The notes under the pieces: generated by a model
Database searches by the model: none
What the model was told of the DNA's origin: nothing
The model's input: the letters and a program-made list of their open reading frames with translations, nothing else
Program-made: the position numbers and the translations under genes
Origin: Rozella allomycis CSF55
Lineage: Eukaryota
Direction of reading: 5' to 3'
Assembly (NCBI GenBank): GCA_000442015.1
Contig: KE560848.1
Coordinates: forward strand, 157,389 to 221,388
Length of the DNA: 64,000 nucleotides
Shown here: positions 36,177 to 49,377 of the stretch, one piece after another
Numbering within the stretch: position 1 is the stretch's first letter
How the letters are laid out: every line of letters starts with the position of its first letter

Positions 36177-37148
36177 TTACCAAAAGTGGAAACTAGCCTT
36201 TTCTGTTTCACTTTCGTCCTTGTACCCGGAATCAACAACCTTGGGGAAAGCGCAATTAGGGAATGAAAGCGTTCTTGGTATTGTGCTCACATTAGGATAT
36301 TCTTTTTTATTTTTTTGCGCAAGCTTCATTTCAGATCTTGAGCGCTTCAAGTTTGGATCTGGAGTTAATGTTTTCAATCCAGCGAAATCACGATTTCTTT
36401 TTTTAATTACATCTGATTTCAAATGCGACGGCCTGTGGCGCCCATGGAGTTTAAAATATAGTCCGCATGCATTGCAATACTGAGCACCATCCAATTTCCT
36501 CCACAGCGGAGTTTTATCAGTCTGGCAGTTTTGACAAACAACTACAAGCTTATGTTCAAGAGGCCTTTGCTCTGTTAATTGTAAATGAATGTTATGGATA
36601 GGAAAAAATGGATCGTTATCTCTTATAGCATTTGGGGGTGACTGGAAGTCTGGTTCTACCAATCGTGCTTTTTCTAATGAAATTGGTGGAATGTCGAAAT
36701 CAATTGGATATTCAATATCACATTTGTTATCTGAAACCTTGTCCAAGCAAATCATGTCCATCCATAGATTCTCATTGTCAAATATGGGCTTTTTACTTTC
36801 AACTGGAAATGATTTTTCCGACAATTTCCCTTTTCCTTTCTGAGTTTTTTCAATTACTATTGGCTCAGGCTTCATGATTGTTATAGGCGTCTTTTCTATT
36901 AGTGCAACCTTCTCCGCACATATGTCACTGAGAGATCGTTTGCTGTTATCTTTGTAATACCATAAACGCCAAGACAGGTTTTCGAAACGGCTTCCATCTG
37001 GCAAGTGATGCTTCACTTTGGTAAATACTTTCCAAGACTCTGACAAATCTTCTATTGAGTTGAAGGAACGAAAAGAATCGAATCCTTGTATGGTCAAGGT
37101 GACTGGAGACATGATCTGGGGAAGAGATAAGACAAGGGGTTTAGACAT
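36177..37148 (-). CDS. AreA/Gat1-type GATA factor with DUF1752 N-terminal domain
   Basis: WKVFTKVK..LPDGSRFENLSWRLW; CQNC-x16-CNAC GLYFKLHG..RP..LKSDVIKKRNR. Confidence 0.85.
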   Translation of the reverse strand: MSKPLVLSLPQIMSPVTLTIQGFDSFRSFNSIEDLSESWKVFTKVKHHLPDGSRFENLSWRLWYYKDNSKRSLSDICAEKVALIEKTPITIMKPEPIVIEKTQKGKGKLSEKSFPVESKKPIFDNENLWMDMICLDKVSDNKCDIEYPIDFDIPPISLEKARLVEPDFQSPPNAIRDNDPFFPIHNIHLQLTEQRPLEHKLVVVCQNCQTDKTPLWRKLDGAQYCNACGLYFKLHGRHRPSHLKSDVIKKRNRDFAGLKTLTPDPNLKRSRSEMKLAQKNKKEYPNVSTIPRTLSFPNCAFPKVVDSGYKDESETEKASFHFW

Positions 37149-37204
37149 GGTGTTTGGGTCATGTGAAATAAACACTAAAAATTGTTATTAATGTATACAA
37201 GAAT

Positions 37205-40014
37205 TTATTTTGGTGAAAAAACAATATCCACTACCTGCTGTAGTCTTTCGTAGTCTTTATGCATGGTATCATCTATTGTGTCTAGTTTTTTATCTCTGTT
37301 TTGCATATTCTTCAATTGATCTTGACTCTTTTCGGACAAGGTGCGATCTACTTTTTGATTCATTCTTTCAAATTCCAAACGTAATTTCTTTTCTGCAAAG
37401 AGGTCTTTACGAAGTTGATCCAGTTTTTCTTCTAGAAGTGTTTTTAATCTGATTGTTTCTTCTAATTCCTTGCGAACTAAATCTAAATCGTTGGCTATAA
37501 TATTGTTGGCCTCTCTAAACTGGGCGTTGGAATTCGAAAGTTTCTTAATTTCCTCTTTTAGATCTGAAACTTTGTTTGAAAGTGTGTTGACCAGGTTCTC
37601 TCTGGCCTGTGACAGCAATTTATGATCTTTTTCCATAGCCGCTTTCGAAGTTTGCGATTGATTATAAAGATCAGTCACTTGATCTAAGCCCGATTGTAGT
37701 TCATTATTTTGTTTGATCAAGTTATTCTTTTCCTTGACAAGTTCTTCTCTTTGGATTGAAAGATTATGAAAGTCCATTCTCAATTTCTTGAAATCCAATT
37801 CAGTTTCGTTATTTTGAAGAGTCAAGTTATCATGCTGTAAGATAAGATTTAAATGTGTTTCATTCAATGCTTGATGCTGATTGGTTAATTCTGCATGCTG
37901 GGCACGTAACTCTGATTGATCTGATCTCAAACGTGAAATAGTTTCCTCCAGGCCTTTAATTTTATTGGTAGAGGTATTTTGATAGTCTTTATATTCCAAA
38001 TGCAATGCATTATATTCTTCTTTTTTCTCTTTCAGCTCTTGACGTACATCATACACATGTTTGGTCAGGGCAATTTTATCATTTGTAAGTCCAGTCTTGA
38101 CCTCATTGAGTCTGTCTACTTCATTCTTAAAAGTCAGCTTCAGTTCTGTGTAATCTCGTTTGAATCTTTCTATTTCAACTAACAGCATTCTATTCTGTGA
38201 CATTTCCCTGTCCAATGCTGTTTGAGCTTCATTTAATTGCGACATCGCTTTTTCTCTCTTTTCTTGGTGAATCAAGGCATCATTTTCGGCTATTCTAACT
38301 TTTTCTTCAAGATCGATGATAATTTTATCATTATTCACAGCTTCATTTCTTCTTACTTCGTGAAGCTCCCTTACAGTGGAATCCAATAGATCATGCCGCT
38401 GAGTCATTTCTTTCAATGAAACTTTTAATCGAGCATTTTCAGAGGTAAACTTTTGAATTGTCGCGTCGTCTTCCTTTTTTACACTTTGAAGGATTGCAAT
38501 TTGTTTTCGAAGGTCATGAATTTGTACTTCGCTTTGTGAAAAACTTGTTTTGAATGACTCTGTATTATCGTTTAATTTCTTTTCTAATTCCTCTATTTTT
38601 GCCTTATCCAACAACTGCTTATCCATAAACTTTTGTATTTCAGTTTGTATTTGAAACAAATCTTGATGCAGCTGTTCATTTTCTTGATTATATTCATCTT
38701 TTTGAGAGTTAGACATGTTTAAATTTGCTACCAATAGCTCCATTTCCTCTTCAATCCCTTTCAATTTTTTCTGTGTTGCATTCGATTTTTCCATCACGTC
38801 ATTGTATTCTTTGGTCAATCGCTCCAAATTTCTTTGCAAAATGTTATTCCGTTGCTCCGCTTGTTCATTTCCTATTTCCGCTTGTCTTGCCATTGATGCT
38901 ATCTTTTCGTTTAGCTTTATGTAATCTTTCAATGAATCATGAAGCTTTGTTCTTGTATCCACAACTTGCTTCTCCAAATCTTTTATTTGATTTTCTTTCT
39001 GCATAACTTCCCTTTCCTTATCACCTATAACATTCCTCAGCTAAATAATGATCCATATTTCCATCTTACGTCTTTCTTTTCCGCTTCGGCATGGATTAGA
39101 CACGCCATTAATACTGACATTTCTTTTTTTAAAGTTCTGATGTCATGTTGGAGCAGACTTGCTTCCTTTTCTTGCCATTCCTCGGCTTTTATATAGTACT
39201 GCATGGATTTCGACAAGGCTTTACGAAGCTTCCTCACGTTTTCGACCTCCTTTTGTTCTGATTCTGTCTTTTCAAGAAGCATTTCTCTCAATCTTCCAAT
39301 TTCAGATGACTTTAATTGCAAAACATGCTTGTAAAGGTTCCCAGAAAAGGTTTCTTCGTGCGCTTGAAGTGAGCCAATGTTGTTTTCTGATAAATTAGCC
39401 TGCTCGAATACACTCTTTATAGTATCGATTTGATGCTTTTCGATGATTTTAGTCAACTTCCTAGCTCTTAAATCTCTTGCAATTTTTTCTCCTGGATCGG
39501 TATAGAATAGATTTTTGGGCTCGACTGGATCCTTTAAAAGCTCAAAAAAGGGCGGATGATTTTTACGCTTAGCATCAGACACTTCATCAATATCATTTGG
39601 ACTTGGAAGTTCTTTGCTCTGACTTTCCAAACAATGAGAATAGACATGCATCAATTCCTTTTGACAAGACTCGCAAACAATCTCAGAATAGTTGGATGTT
39701 AAAGATTTATGTTTCAAATGTAGTGTTCCTTGAATGTGGGTTTCATTTAGTTTATTTTCTTTAATAACTGGAAGTGCTCTATCTTTAACAGAAACTCCGC
39801 CATCAGGGGCGCTTCCCACTTTATGAAATTCATTGGTAATATTGTTAACTAAGGGTTCAAGCAAGACACCGTTCATGCTCTTTCTGGGTCTTTTACTCAT
39901 TCCATCCTGTGACGTTAACGAGTCCGCTTTACTACTTTTTGGGAAAAAATCTGGAGAATTGGTTGGTTTGGTCTGAAAATTAAGTGAGCCTTGTGGTACT
40001 TTCAATTCCGACAT
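37205..40014 (-). CDS. Long coiled-coil protein (about 920 aa), function unknown
   Basis: Two ORFs joined by a 29-nt intron; heptad-rich E/K/L/Q sequence. Confidence 0.75.
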
Positions 40015-40191
40015 TTTCGTTGCAGCAAAATTTGAGGTTGTCAAGGGACAGTAAAGGTAGAAATTATTTGTAATCCATGGATTTATTAAAAAATGTTTAT
40101 CAATGGCTTGACTTTAAGTGAATAATCGAGTAACTAGAATCCTCGTTTCAAATTGAAAAGATCTCTTAATCAAAATTAGGAAAAATCTGAA

Positions 40192-43100
40192 ATGGCGGAA
40201 AATCAACAACAGCGTGATGAAGAGAGTAATACACCGCAAACAAAGGATAACATTCCGAAAATAGGATACTTTGAACTGTATCGTTATGCTAGTTCTTTTG
40301 AAAAGACTATGATATTGGTTGGTATTCTATTTTCTTTTGCAAGTGGTACAATTTGCTGTATTGATAAATATTAGGATCATCTCTACCAATAATGACAAAA
40401 TTATTTGGAGGCATAATAAAAGTGTTTGGAACGTATGAAATGACTAGAAACAAGGACCAATTCAATAATGATGTCATTGTTTACTGTATCTATTTTGTGA
40501 TCCTTGGAGGTGCCAGTTTTGTTGTATCCTATTTATCAATGGTGCTTACATAATCATGAATTAATTAAGGCTGTTTTCATGTACACTGGGGAGAGACAAG
40601 TCCGCAGAATAAGAGAGAAATACTTTTCATCATTGTTGCAACAAGAAGTTGGTTGGTTTGACAAGCAAAACTCTGGAGAACTGGCAAGTCGTCTAAGCGG
40701 GTATCCGAATCTTATTAATTACAAATTAGTGACTTACAACTGATACAAGACGGTATATCTGAAAAAGTATCGATTGTTTTGGCATCAATGGCAACTTTTG
40801 TTGGCGGATTCATTGTGGCTTTTACCGAAGGTTAATTTTTTAACTTTTGTAAATATTAAGGTTGGCAATTGACATTAATCTTGTGTTGTGTCTTACCATT
40901 AATGGGCTTGACTGGCGCGATTATGGCAAAGTTTCTCTCTAAAGCTACTACTAATACACAGGACGCATTTGGAAAAGCAAGCGCTTTGGCTGAGGAGGTA
41001 TTTTCAGCTATTCGAACAGTTACATCATTTAATGGTCAAACAAGTGAAGTCAAAAGATATGACGCATGTTTGAATGAAGCTTTGAAACATAAAACGAAGC
41101 AGGCGAATATACAGGGGGTTGGGGTCGGCTTTATAACTTTATTTCTATTTTCGACCTATTCGCTTGCATTTTGGTATGGGAGCCAGCTCATTGAAAAGGG
41201 CGAATATGATGGAGGAAAGTTTATAACTGTATTTTTTGCCTTTATGATGGGTGCATTTTCAATTGGTAATGTGGCGCCTAACTTTGGAGCGTTTGGTTCT
41301 GCGCAAGGGGCTGCCTATAGAATATTTCAAGTTTTGGAACGAAAGCCTTTGATTGAAAAAAAGAAAGGCAAAGATTTGGAACAAGTTAAAGGTGAAATTG
41401 AATTTAGAAATGTTAAATTCAATTATCCAACAAGGCCTGAAGTTTCCATTTTGAAGGGAGTGAATTTGAAGATTAAACCAGGGCAAACCGTAGCTCTTGT
41501 AGGTAGTAGTGGATCTGGTAAAAAAATGTTTTGATTGATATAGGGAAATCAACGATGGTTCAACTAGTTCAAAGGTTTTATGATCCAATGGAGGGTCAAA
41601 TTTTGATTGATGGCCAAGATTTGAGGGATGTGAATTTGGAGTCCTTTCGCAGACATGTTGGCATTGTGAGTCAAGAGCCAATTCTGTTTAGAAATTCTAT
41701 AAAGAATAACATTGGCTTGGGGAAAATGAATTCATCGACGAAAGAGATAGAAGAGGCTGCATTACAAGCAAACGCTCTTGATTTTATTAATAAACTTCCA
41801 AAGGGATTTGATACCCTTGTTGGTGAAAGAGGCAGTTTAATGTCTGGCGGACAAAAGCAACGTATTGCCATCGCCCGTGCATTAATAAAAAACCCTTCAA
41901 TTTTACTGTTAGATGAGGCTACATCTGCACTTGATTCTGTTTCAGAAAAGGTTGTTCAATCAGCTCTTGATGGAGCTTCAAAAGGTAGAACGACCCTGGT
42001 AGTGGCTCATCGCTTATCAACGATTAAGAATGCAGATTTGATTGTAGTGATGCAACAAGGAGAGATTATAGAAACTGGCACTCATGAAGAATTGATAAAT
42101 AAAAAGGGCAAATATTATGAACTAGTAGAGGCACAATCGCTGCAGCAAGGGGATCAAGTTGCTACTGAAGCTGAAGAAATTATGCATTTAAAAGAGGAAG
42201 AAGAAACCAGACAAAGTTTAATAAAGCAAAAGGAAGAAGAAAAAGTTAAAGTTGAAAATAAAAAAGGGGATATTTGGAGGGTTTATAAAATGGCACTATC
42301 TGAATGGCATTTATTGTTAGTAGGGTTATTGGGGTCTATGGTATTGGGATCTATAATGCCCTTGTTTGGATTTGTTTTTGCAGAGATTTTAACAGTTTTC
42401 TTTTCATCTGACATGGTGAAACTTCGTAAAGATGCAGATTTTTGGTCTTTGATGTTTCTTTTGATAGCGATAGCATCATTCTTGGCGAATTACTTTAAAA
42501 TGGCGTTGTTTGATATTGCAGGGAATAGATTGACGTTGAGGATTAGATCGATGAGTTTTAAAGCCATGTTGAGTCAGAACATTGGATGGTTTGATGAAGA
42601 TAAGCATGCGACTGGAATTTTGACGTCCAAATTGAGTACAGAGGCTGAGTCGATCCAGGGTCTGACTGGAAGTTTTCTTGGAACGATTTTGCAGCTTGTT
42701 GCAACGATTGTTATTGGATTTATTATAGCATTTTCAAATAGTTGGCAACTAACTTTGGTTATTTTGTCGTGTCTTCCCCTTGTATCACTTGGCGGGTACC
42801 TTCAAGTGCGGGTGTTGAAAGGGTTTGATTCTAAAGCAAAGGCAATGTATGAAGATGCGAGTCAAGTGGCTACAGAAGCATTGGAGAACATTAGAACTGT
42901 GATTTCATTGTCCAGAGAAGGATATTTTGAACATGAATATCAAAGTGGATTGCAAGTCCCTTACAAGGTTGGTGTGACGAGAGCGTTCACGAGTAGTTTA
43001 GGACATGGGTTTGCACAATCAATTCAATTCTTTGCTTACACGTTGGCGTATTATTATGGATCGAGATTGATGATTGATGGAACGATTGATTTTTCAAATT

Positions 43101-44059
43101 TCAACAAAGTGGTGAACGCTGTAATGTTTACTGCTGCTTCTCTTGGCCAAATTGGATCTTTTGCACCAAATGCTTCCAAAGCTAAAATTGCCGCTGCAGA
43201 CATTTTTGAGATTATTGATAGAAAACCTTCAATTGACAATTCTGGAACAACAAACTTAGATAACCCTCAAGGCACAGCAGAGGTGAACAACGTCATTTTC
43301 AAATATCCCACAAGGCCTGATCAAATAATTTTAAATGGAATAAATCTTTCTGTGAAACAAGGACAAACCGTTGCTTTAGTTGGGGCTTCTGGGTGTGGAA
43401 AATCAACAATCATTCAACTGCTGGAAAGATTTTATGATCCTTTGGCTGGAAGTGTTTCTGTTGATGGAAATGATTTGAAATCTTTAAATTTATCTTCATT
43501 GAGAACTTGCATCTCATTGGTCAGTCAAGAAGTACGAAATTTCTCAATCTAAAAATAGCCTTTGCTTTTTGCTCGAACTTTAAGAGAAAATATATCTTAT
43601 GGGAAACAAGACGCGTCCATTGAAGAAATTAAAGATGCCGCAAAAGCTGCCAACATTGCAGACTTTATTGAATCTCTTCCTGATAAATATGAAACCCAGG
43701 CAGGTGAAAAAGGCACTCAATTAAGTGGCGGTCAAAAACAAAGAATTGCTATAGCACGTGCAGTAATGATTTTTATTGAAGTAAACTTCTAGTTGATCAG
43801 ACACCCTAAATTACTTTTGCTTGATGAGGCAACAAGCGCATTGGATACAGAATCTGAAAAAGTTGTTCAAGAGGCTCTGGACAACGCTTCCAAGGGTAGA
43901 ACTACAATTGTTATTGCTCATCGTCTTAGCACAATTCAAAACGCTGATGTCATTTATGTCTTCAAAGATGGATTGATTTTGGAAAAGGGTACTCATAGCC
44001 AACTTTTAGCCAACAAGTCGCTCTACTATGAGTTAGTCCAACAACAATCACTCAAATAA
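40192..44059 (+). CDS. MDR1: Full-length ABCB/MDR1 P-glycoprotein transporter
   Basis: Two TMD-NBD halves: [28 protein letters not shown] and [17 protein letters not shown]. Confidence 0.95.
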
Positions 44060-44179
44060 ATTTGATTTCTAATAATGTCTTACCTATTAATCATTGATCT
44101 CTAAACAATCATTGGTCATTAACATTTGTTTCAATTCTTGTCATTTTATTTCAGAAATTTCAGAAATTAACGAAAACAA

Positions 44180-46768
44180 ATGTTCCCCTTTTTGGCTCCT
44201 AAACATCAGAGACGAGTGAACGATGTTTATCCAACTCATCCTGGAGAAGAAGGAGCGGTTACTTCTAAACTGAGTCGTCTGACTTATTATATCAACGCCC
44301 GCCCCGTTAAACTCACAAAAGTTGTCAAATATTTAGAAACAAAGGTTCAACACGATCTTGACAAGGAGAGATCTGGGTAAAATAGAATTATTTATAAAAT
44401 AGGTATAATAAAGTGAGTCTTGAAATTATCGAAGCTCTTCTTCACAGTTGTGGATCCCTGTCAAAGGCTTTTGCTGCACCATCGTTGAGAATAATTAAAA
44501 CTCTTATTGAAAATGGAGATGAATCGCTATTCAATAGAACAACTTCTACTGTAAACAACAATCATTTGAATCAATAGTTTATCATGCTGTTAGATCATAT
44601 TAATGCACAAATGTTTGTAACAGATGCTGATTTTATAAATGCATTTAATAATTTGGTGGTCGATTTTACTAGAATGAGCGTAGTTGAGAAACCTGAGCCA
44701 AGCATTCAGTCACAGTAGAAATAGATATAAATTATAACTCAGAATCAGATTCACAGCTCTTTCTGCTATAAAGTCAATTTTACAAATAGAAAATGCTAGT
44801 AATGCAGAGTATATGAAGCACGTTGAATGTGCAATTCCTTCTATTCTATTTCACATGAAGCCTAGTCAACCTAAAAGGTAGCTTGCCTTTAATTTAATAA
44901 AAGATCGCGATCTATTAGCTCTCATTCTGAACATAAAAGGACGTCAATCTACAATGAGGTTGTTACTGAAGAAGGGATTGACAAATTGGCTTTACAATGT
45001 TTAGAAATTATTATAAAAAAGAATCAATCCATAAATCATGTTCTGAATACGATTTTCCAATATTTTGAAAAGTCTCAATGGACCCCTGCAGCTTTCCCAT
45101 TGAATGTAATGAAAATTGTAATTCAAAACTGCAAAGTAAAAAATAATCAAAAAAATGATAGTCTGTTTATTCAATTCTTATATATTTATTCAAAGTGATG
45201 TCAAATCCACAATATTCACTCAGCGTCCAATGCTCAATTTTGGACTTTTTAAAAATCACGCTCCATTCTTCAAATTCTAGTTTAGATTTTTCTCTTTTTG
45301 AAATTTCTAAAAAATTGTTAAAATTGGCTAAAAAAAGTTTAATCTCTAATCTACCCACAAATCCGGTTGATCTATTTTTAGAATCCGTGATTTCGGTTTT
45401 TCGTAAATTTCAATTTTGAATTCAAATAGAAAATTTAATAGAAAGAGAAGAATATTCTCAACAAAAAATAGATTTATTGATTCTCTTGTTAAATCAGATT
45501 CCATATTCACCTTCAAATAAGACTCCCATTCCTGATGACCAAAGCACGTCTTCAAATGCCATCGTGTTGAACCAAGAGCAGCGACTAAAATTTAGAATTT
45601 TCTGCTCAAAAGCGTTAAAAATAATTTCAACTTTTGAGATTCATTCTGCCTCGTTAAATCAACTTGCTTTATTGTTGGATTCTTATTCTCCCATTATTTT
45701 AGACTTTTATAACGTAAACATTGAGATTAAAGAAAATACTTTAATTTCTTTAAAAAACGTTCTTTCTTTTAACCTCTTCTCTTCGTATCCGGTATTAACA
45801 ATCAAATTACTTTTTATTAGCTATTCAAAACATTATTCTTTACAAAAACACGACACATATTCTTTTGTTTTCTATTGAATTTTAATAATGATTTAAATCT
45901 TTTTCAATTGATTAAAGATTGTTTCCTCATCTTGTTGGACTCTGACAATAGCTTGGAGCATGATGGAAGACTCTTGTCTCTGCTAAATAATTTGCTGGTA
46001 AACTTGCATAGATAATTTAAAAGAAATGCAATGATGATTACAAGGTTACCTTGATTGAAATACTTTCATTGATGGTACTACTTGAGGTAGCTCAAAAGTA
46101 TGACTCTCAAAGCCTAAAAGATCTGATTACAAAAGAAATCGAAACACGAAAACACGACAAGAAATGGATCGACTTTTTTCCTCCAATTTCGAAAACTGAA
46201 AGACCCTCACTTGATTTATTAACAATGACCAAAACTCATTTGCCTCAAATTGATAAATATCTTTTTGAATATGATGGAGAGGCAGAAATTCAACGTAAAT
46301 TATTGTCTTTTCTATCTTAGAATGCTTGGCTTCAAACCCACTACCCATGTCCACAAGACCGTCATCATCTAGTCGCAGCATCAATCTTTCATTTACATCT
46401 AGGAAAAAGCAAAGCTCTTCAACAGTTATGTCTGACTCTGCTTCATGTATTAGTGTTAAAGATCTAAAAGATGCCATGAGTATTAATATTATTTTTTAAC
46501 CTAAACTTAGCTATGGGTAAAAGGAATGAATTTACTCAAAGTGCAATGCAAGAATCGCATTTCAAATATCACAAAGTAATCACTAAAAATCCCAGCTTTT
46601 ATGCTGCTTCAATGTCTAATTTAGGATTGGTAACTTTTATTTTCTTCTTTAAGACAGAAAAAAGACAAGGACCAAATATTTCATGCATTTCTGGATGCCA
46701 ACGATCTTGACGACAAACAACTCATAGATGAAATAGAAAGGTTACGGATAGAACATCAATCTAATTAA
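44180..46768 (+). CDS. EFR3: EFR3 plasma-membrane PI4K scaffold
   Basis: KHQRRVNDVYP...SKLSRLTYYINARPVKLTKVVKYLE...GYNKVSLEI; late SVKDLKDAM. Confidence 0.8.
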
Positions 46769-46869
46769 TAACAAAATAAAATTTTGCACTATTTGTACAA
46801 TAATTTCAATATCTTTGAATTGCTTCTATTTGACATGATTAATGCTTTGACGCAAAAATGCAAAAAAAA

Positions 46870-46941
46870 TGCCTTCAGGGAGGATTGAACACCCGACCTC
46901 ATGTTTACAAGACATGCGCTCTACCACTGAGCTATGAAGGC
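46870..46941 (-). tRNA. tRNA-Thr(TGT)
   Basis: GCCTTCA...CATGT-CT-TGT-AA-ACATG...GTTCAATCC; T8 terminator. Confidence 0.95.
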
Positions 46942-47021
46942 TTGACTTAGTGAAGCAAATACTATTTATATTGATATAGCTAACTTTTGATCTTTCCTGT
47001 TTTAACAATTTTGATTTTTCC

Positions 47022-48119
47022 ATGAAAGCGCTTAGCATAATTTCCGGGTCATCTCATCCCCAACTAGCGGATAAAATATGCAGCAAACTGGGAACAGAAA
47101 AATGCAAAGTTGTTCTTAATAAGTTCTGCAACAGCGAAACTAACATTGAAATTTGTGACAGTGTAAGAGATATGGATGTGTATATCATCCAAACAAGTTC
47201 CAACCTTGTAAACAAAAATTTCATGGAGCTCGCGATATTAATACATGCATGTAAAATGGCATCGGCTCAAAAGGTTCAAAAAATTAATGTTGTTACCCAA
47301 GGTCACAGTAATATTGCCATGCTCCTTTTATCAAAAACAAGTCGATGATCCTTGGAACCGACTGAACGGAGTACCCCTTTCTGAATACCAAAAAGAAATG
47401 TTGGCCAATCTACAATACAGTAAAGAAAGTTACAAACTTTGGGCATCGAGGTCAGGAAAGTTGGTTGCTAATATACTTTCGGTAGCCGGTAAGCGATGAC
47501 CGCCATGTGTAACAAGGGGCCGATCATTTAATAACACTAGATCTGCATGAACCGCAATTTCAAGGGTTTTTCGATATCCCAGTGGACAATTTACACTCCC
47601 ACAATCTGGTTTGTCTGTGCATTAAAGAAAATATCGAAAATTATGGCGAAAGCGTAATTGTTTCGCCAGACGCTGGTGGAACAAAAAGGTAACCTTCTTA
47701 AAGGTATTAAATTGAGGGCTTCAATTATATCAGCTAAATTAGGAATCGAATTTGCAATGATACATAGAGAAAAGAAAGCTAACATTTTAATCGGAGATGT
47801 CGCCCAAAGGGAATGTATATTGATAGATGATCTTGCGGATTCTTCTAATACAATAGTTATGGCCTCGTATCTTTTAAAAGAGAAAGGTGCATCAAAAATA
47901 TATGCTGTAATAACCCACGGGATTTTTTCTGGCGATGCACTACAAAAAATTGCGGCAAGCCCACTTGACGTGGTGTATGTAAGTGATTCAATTCCTCAAG
48001 ATGTTCATATGCAACAATGTCCCAAAATTAAACGTTTTGAAGTCGCCCAGTTATTTGCAGAGGCCATAAGGAGGAATCATAACGGTGAATCAGTTTCAAT
48101 GTTATTTGACGATCAATAA
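47022..48119 (+). CDS. PRS5: Ribose-phosphate pyrophosphokinase, fungal Prs5-like
   Basis: [60 protein letters not shown]. Confidence 0.75.
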
Positions 48120-48204
48120 ATAAAAATCAGTGGATTTATTTCAAATCTAAAAAGATCTAATTCTAAATTTTACATCTGCTAAATCAGGTGGCTTGTGACA
48201 GTGA

Positions 48205-49239
48205 ATGAAGATTTTAGTAGATTATAGATTTTTCAACGGATTTCACCCGACACAAAGAGATATATTTGATATTCTTGGCGACGCGAAAATATATCTACAA
48301 AATATCACTGAAGTTTACATCTACCATGACCAGGCCTCTTCCTCGAGCTTTGAGAATAGAGACGATCAGAAATTCTTTGTTGATATGTTTCATATCTTTG
48401 GGTCTTTTAGCGATGCTGTAGCTTTATGCATTAGATTTTGCCGTCAAGGAGATTTTTGCATCTTATCAAACGATGCTCAGTTTTTGACTATATTAAACGA
48501 GATTAAGAAAGGCACTAATAATTTTATAGTTTTCATATCAAATAAGACATATTATACTGGATTGATTCGTGGGCATGTAGTCAACAAATTCTATAATGGC
48601 AGTCTGTCGACAGAAATGCTCGTTACTGTCGAGCCCACTAAAGAAGATGGAGAAAAAATAGTTGAAAACGCTGAAAGAATGAATGATACTGTAAAGAAGA
48701 CTGACAATATTAAAGAGGAAGAGAAAAGGGAGGGGTCTCATTCTCCATTTCAAATGTTCAAGAATTTCACAATTCATGAAAATCAAGACGATAAAAATTC
48801 AGGATTTGAATACAGAAGATTTGATTTCATTTTGGTTTACACTTTTGTGCATAAGAATAAATTTGGCTTTAATCCTAGGTCATGTGTTTGTGGGCCCATG
48901 GGAAAATATTTAAAGGGACGAAAAGTTGGGGAATTAATTGGCGAATACATTAATCTTAAATATTTAGAAGAGCGTGAAGACAGATCATTAAGATTAGGAA
49001 GAAAATTGAGAGCATTGTTACCATTTGTTTCTGAACTCTGTATCGTTTACAAAGATGTTGAAGAGGTCAATGAGGAAAGATTGACTGCTGCGTTTGAAGA
49101 TTTCGATTTTACCATTATTCAATTAAAAGATTCCAAAGAGTTTATCGTAAAGTTAAAGAATTTAGGTTTAATTGAATATTGTCGTGCCTCGATGATGTTT
49201 AAAGGCAAGTCCTTTTTGGAAAAGAATGTAGACAAATAA
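48205..49239 (+). CDS. Intronless protein with putative degenerate NYN/PIN-like N-terminal domain
   Basis: KILVDY...SDAVAL...CILSNDAQFLTILNEIKK...FIVF resembles the NYN pattern (VD..N / AD / ISGD.DF..L..L). Confidence 0.5.
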   Translation: MKILVDYRFFNGFHPTQRDIFDILGDAKIYLQNITEVYIYHDQASSSSFENRDDQKFFVDMFHIFGSFSDAVALCIRFCRQGDFCILSNDAQFLTILNEIKKGTNNFIVFISNKTYYTGLIRGHVVNKFYNGSLSTEMLVTVEPTKEDGEKIVENAERMNDTVKKTDNIKEEEKREGSHSPFQMFKNFTIHENQDDKNSGFEYRRFDFILVYTFVHKNKFGFNPRSCVCGPMGKYLKGRKVGELIGEYINLKYLEEREDRSLRLGRKLRALLPFVSELCIVYKDVEEVNEERLTAAFEDFDFTIIQLKDSKEFIVKLKNLGLIEYCRASMMFKGKSFLEKNVDK

Positions 49240-49377
49240 AGCGGCCTATTTTATGCAATATATTTGTTTAATCATTAAAGTTTAGTTCCCTTAACTTCTT
49301 TAACTTAATCCGGATATTTTACGTGTATATTAATATGAGTATATAAAAATATCTATTTTGCACTTTATTGATGACTT

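Noticed and set aside
46826-47038. 70-aa minus-strand ORF
   Set aside because: Spurious; it overlaps tRNA-Thr and the PRS5 start
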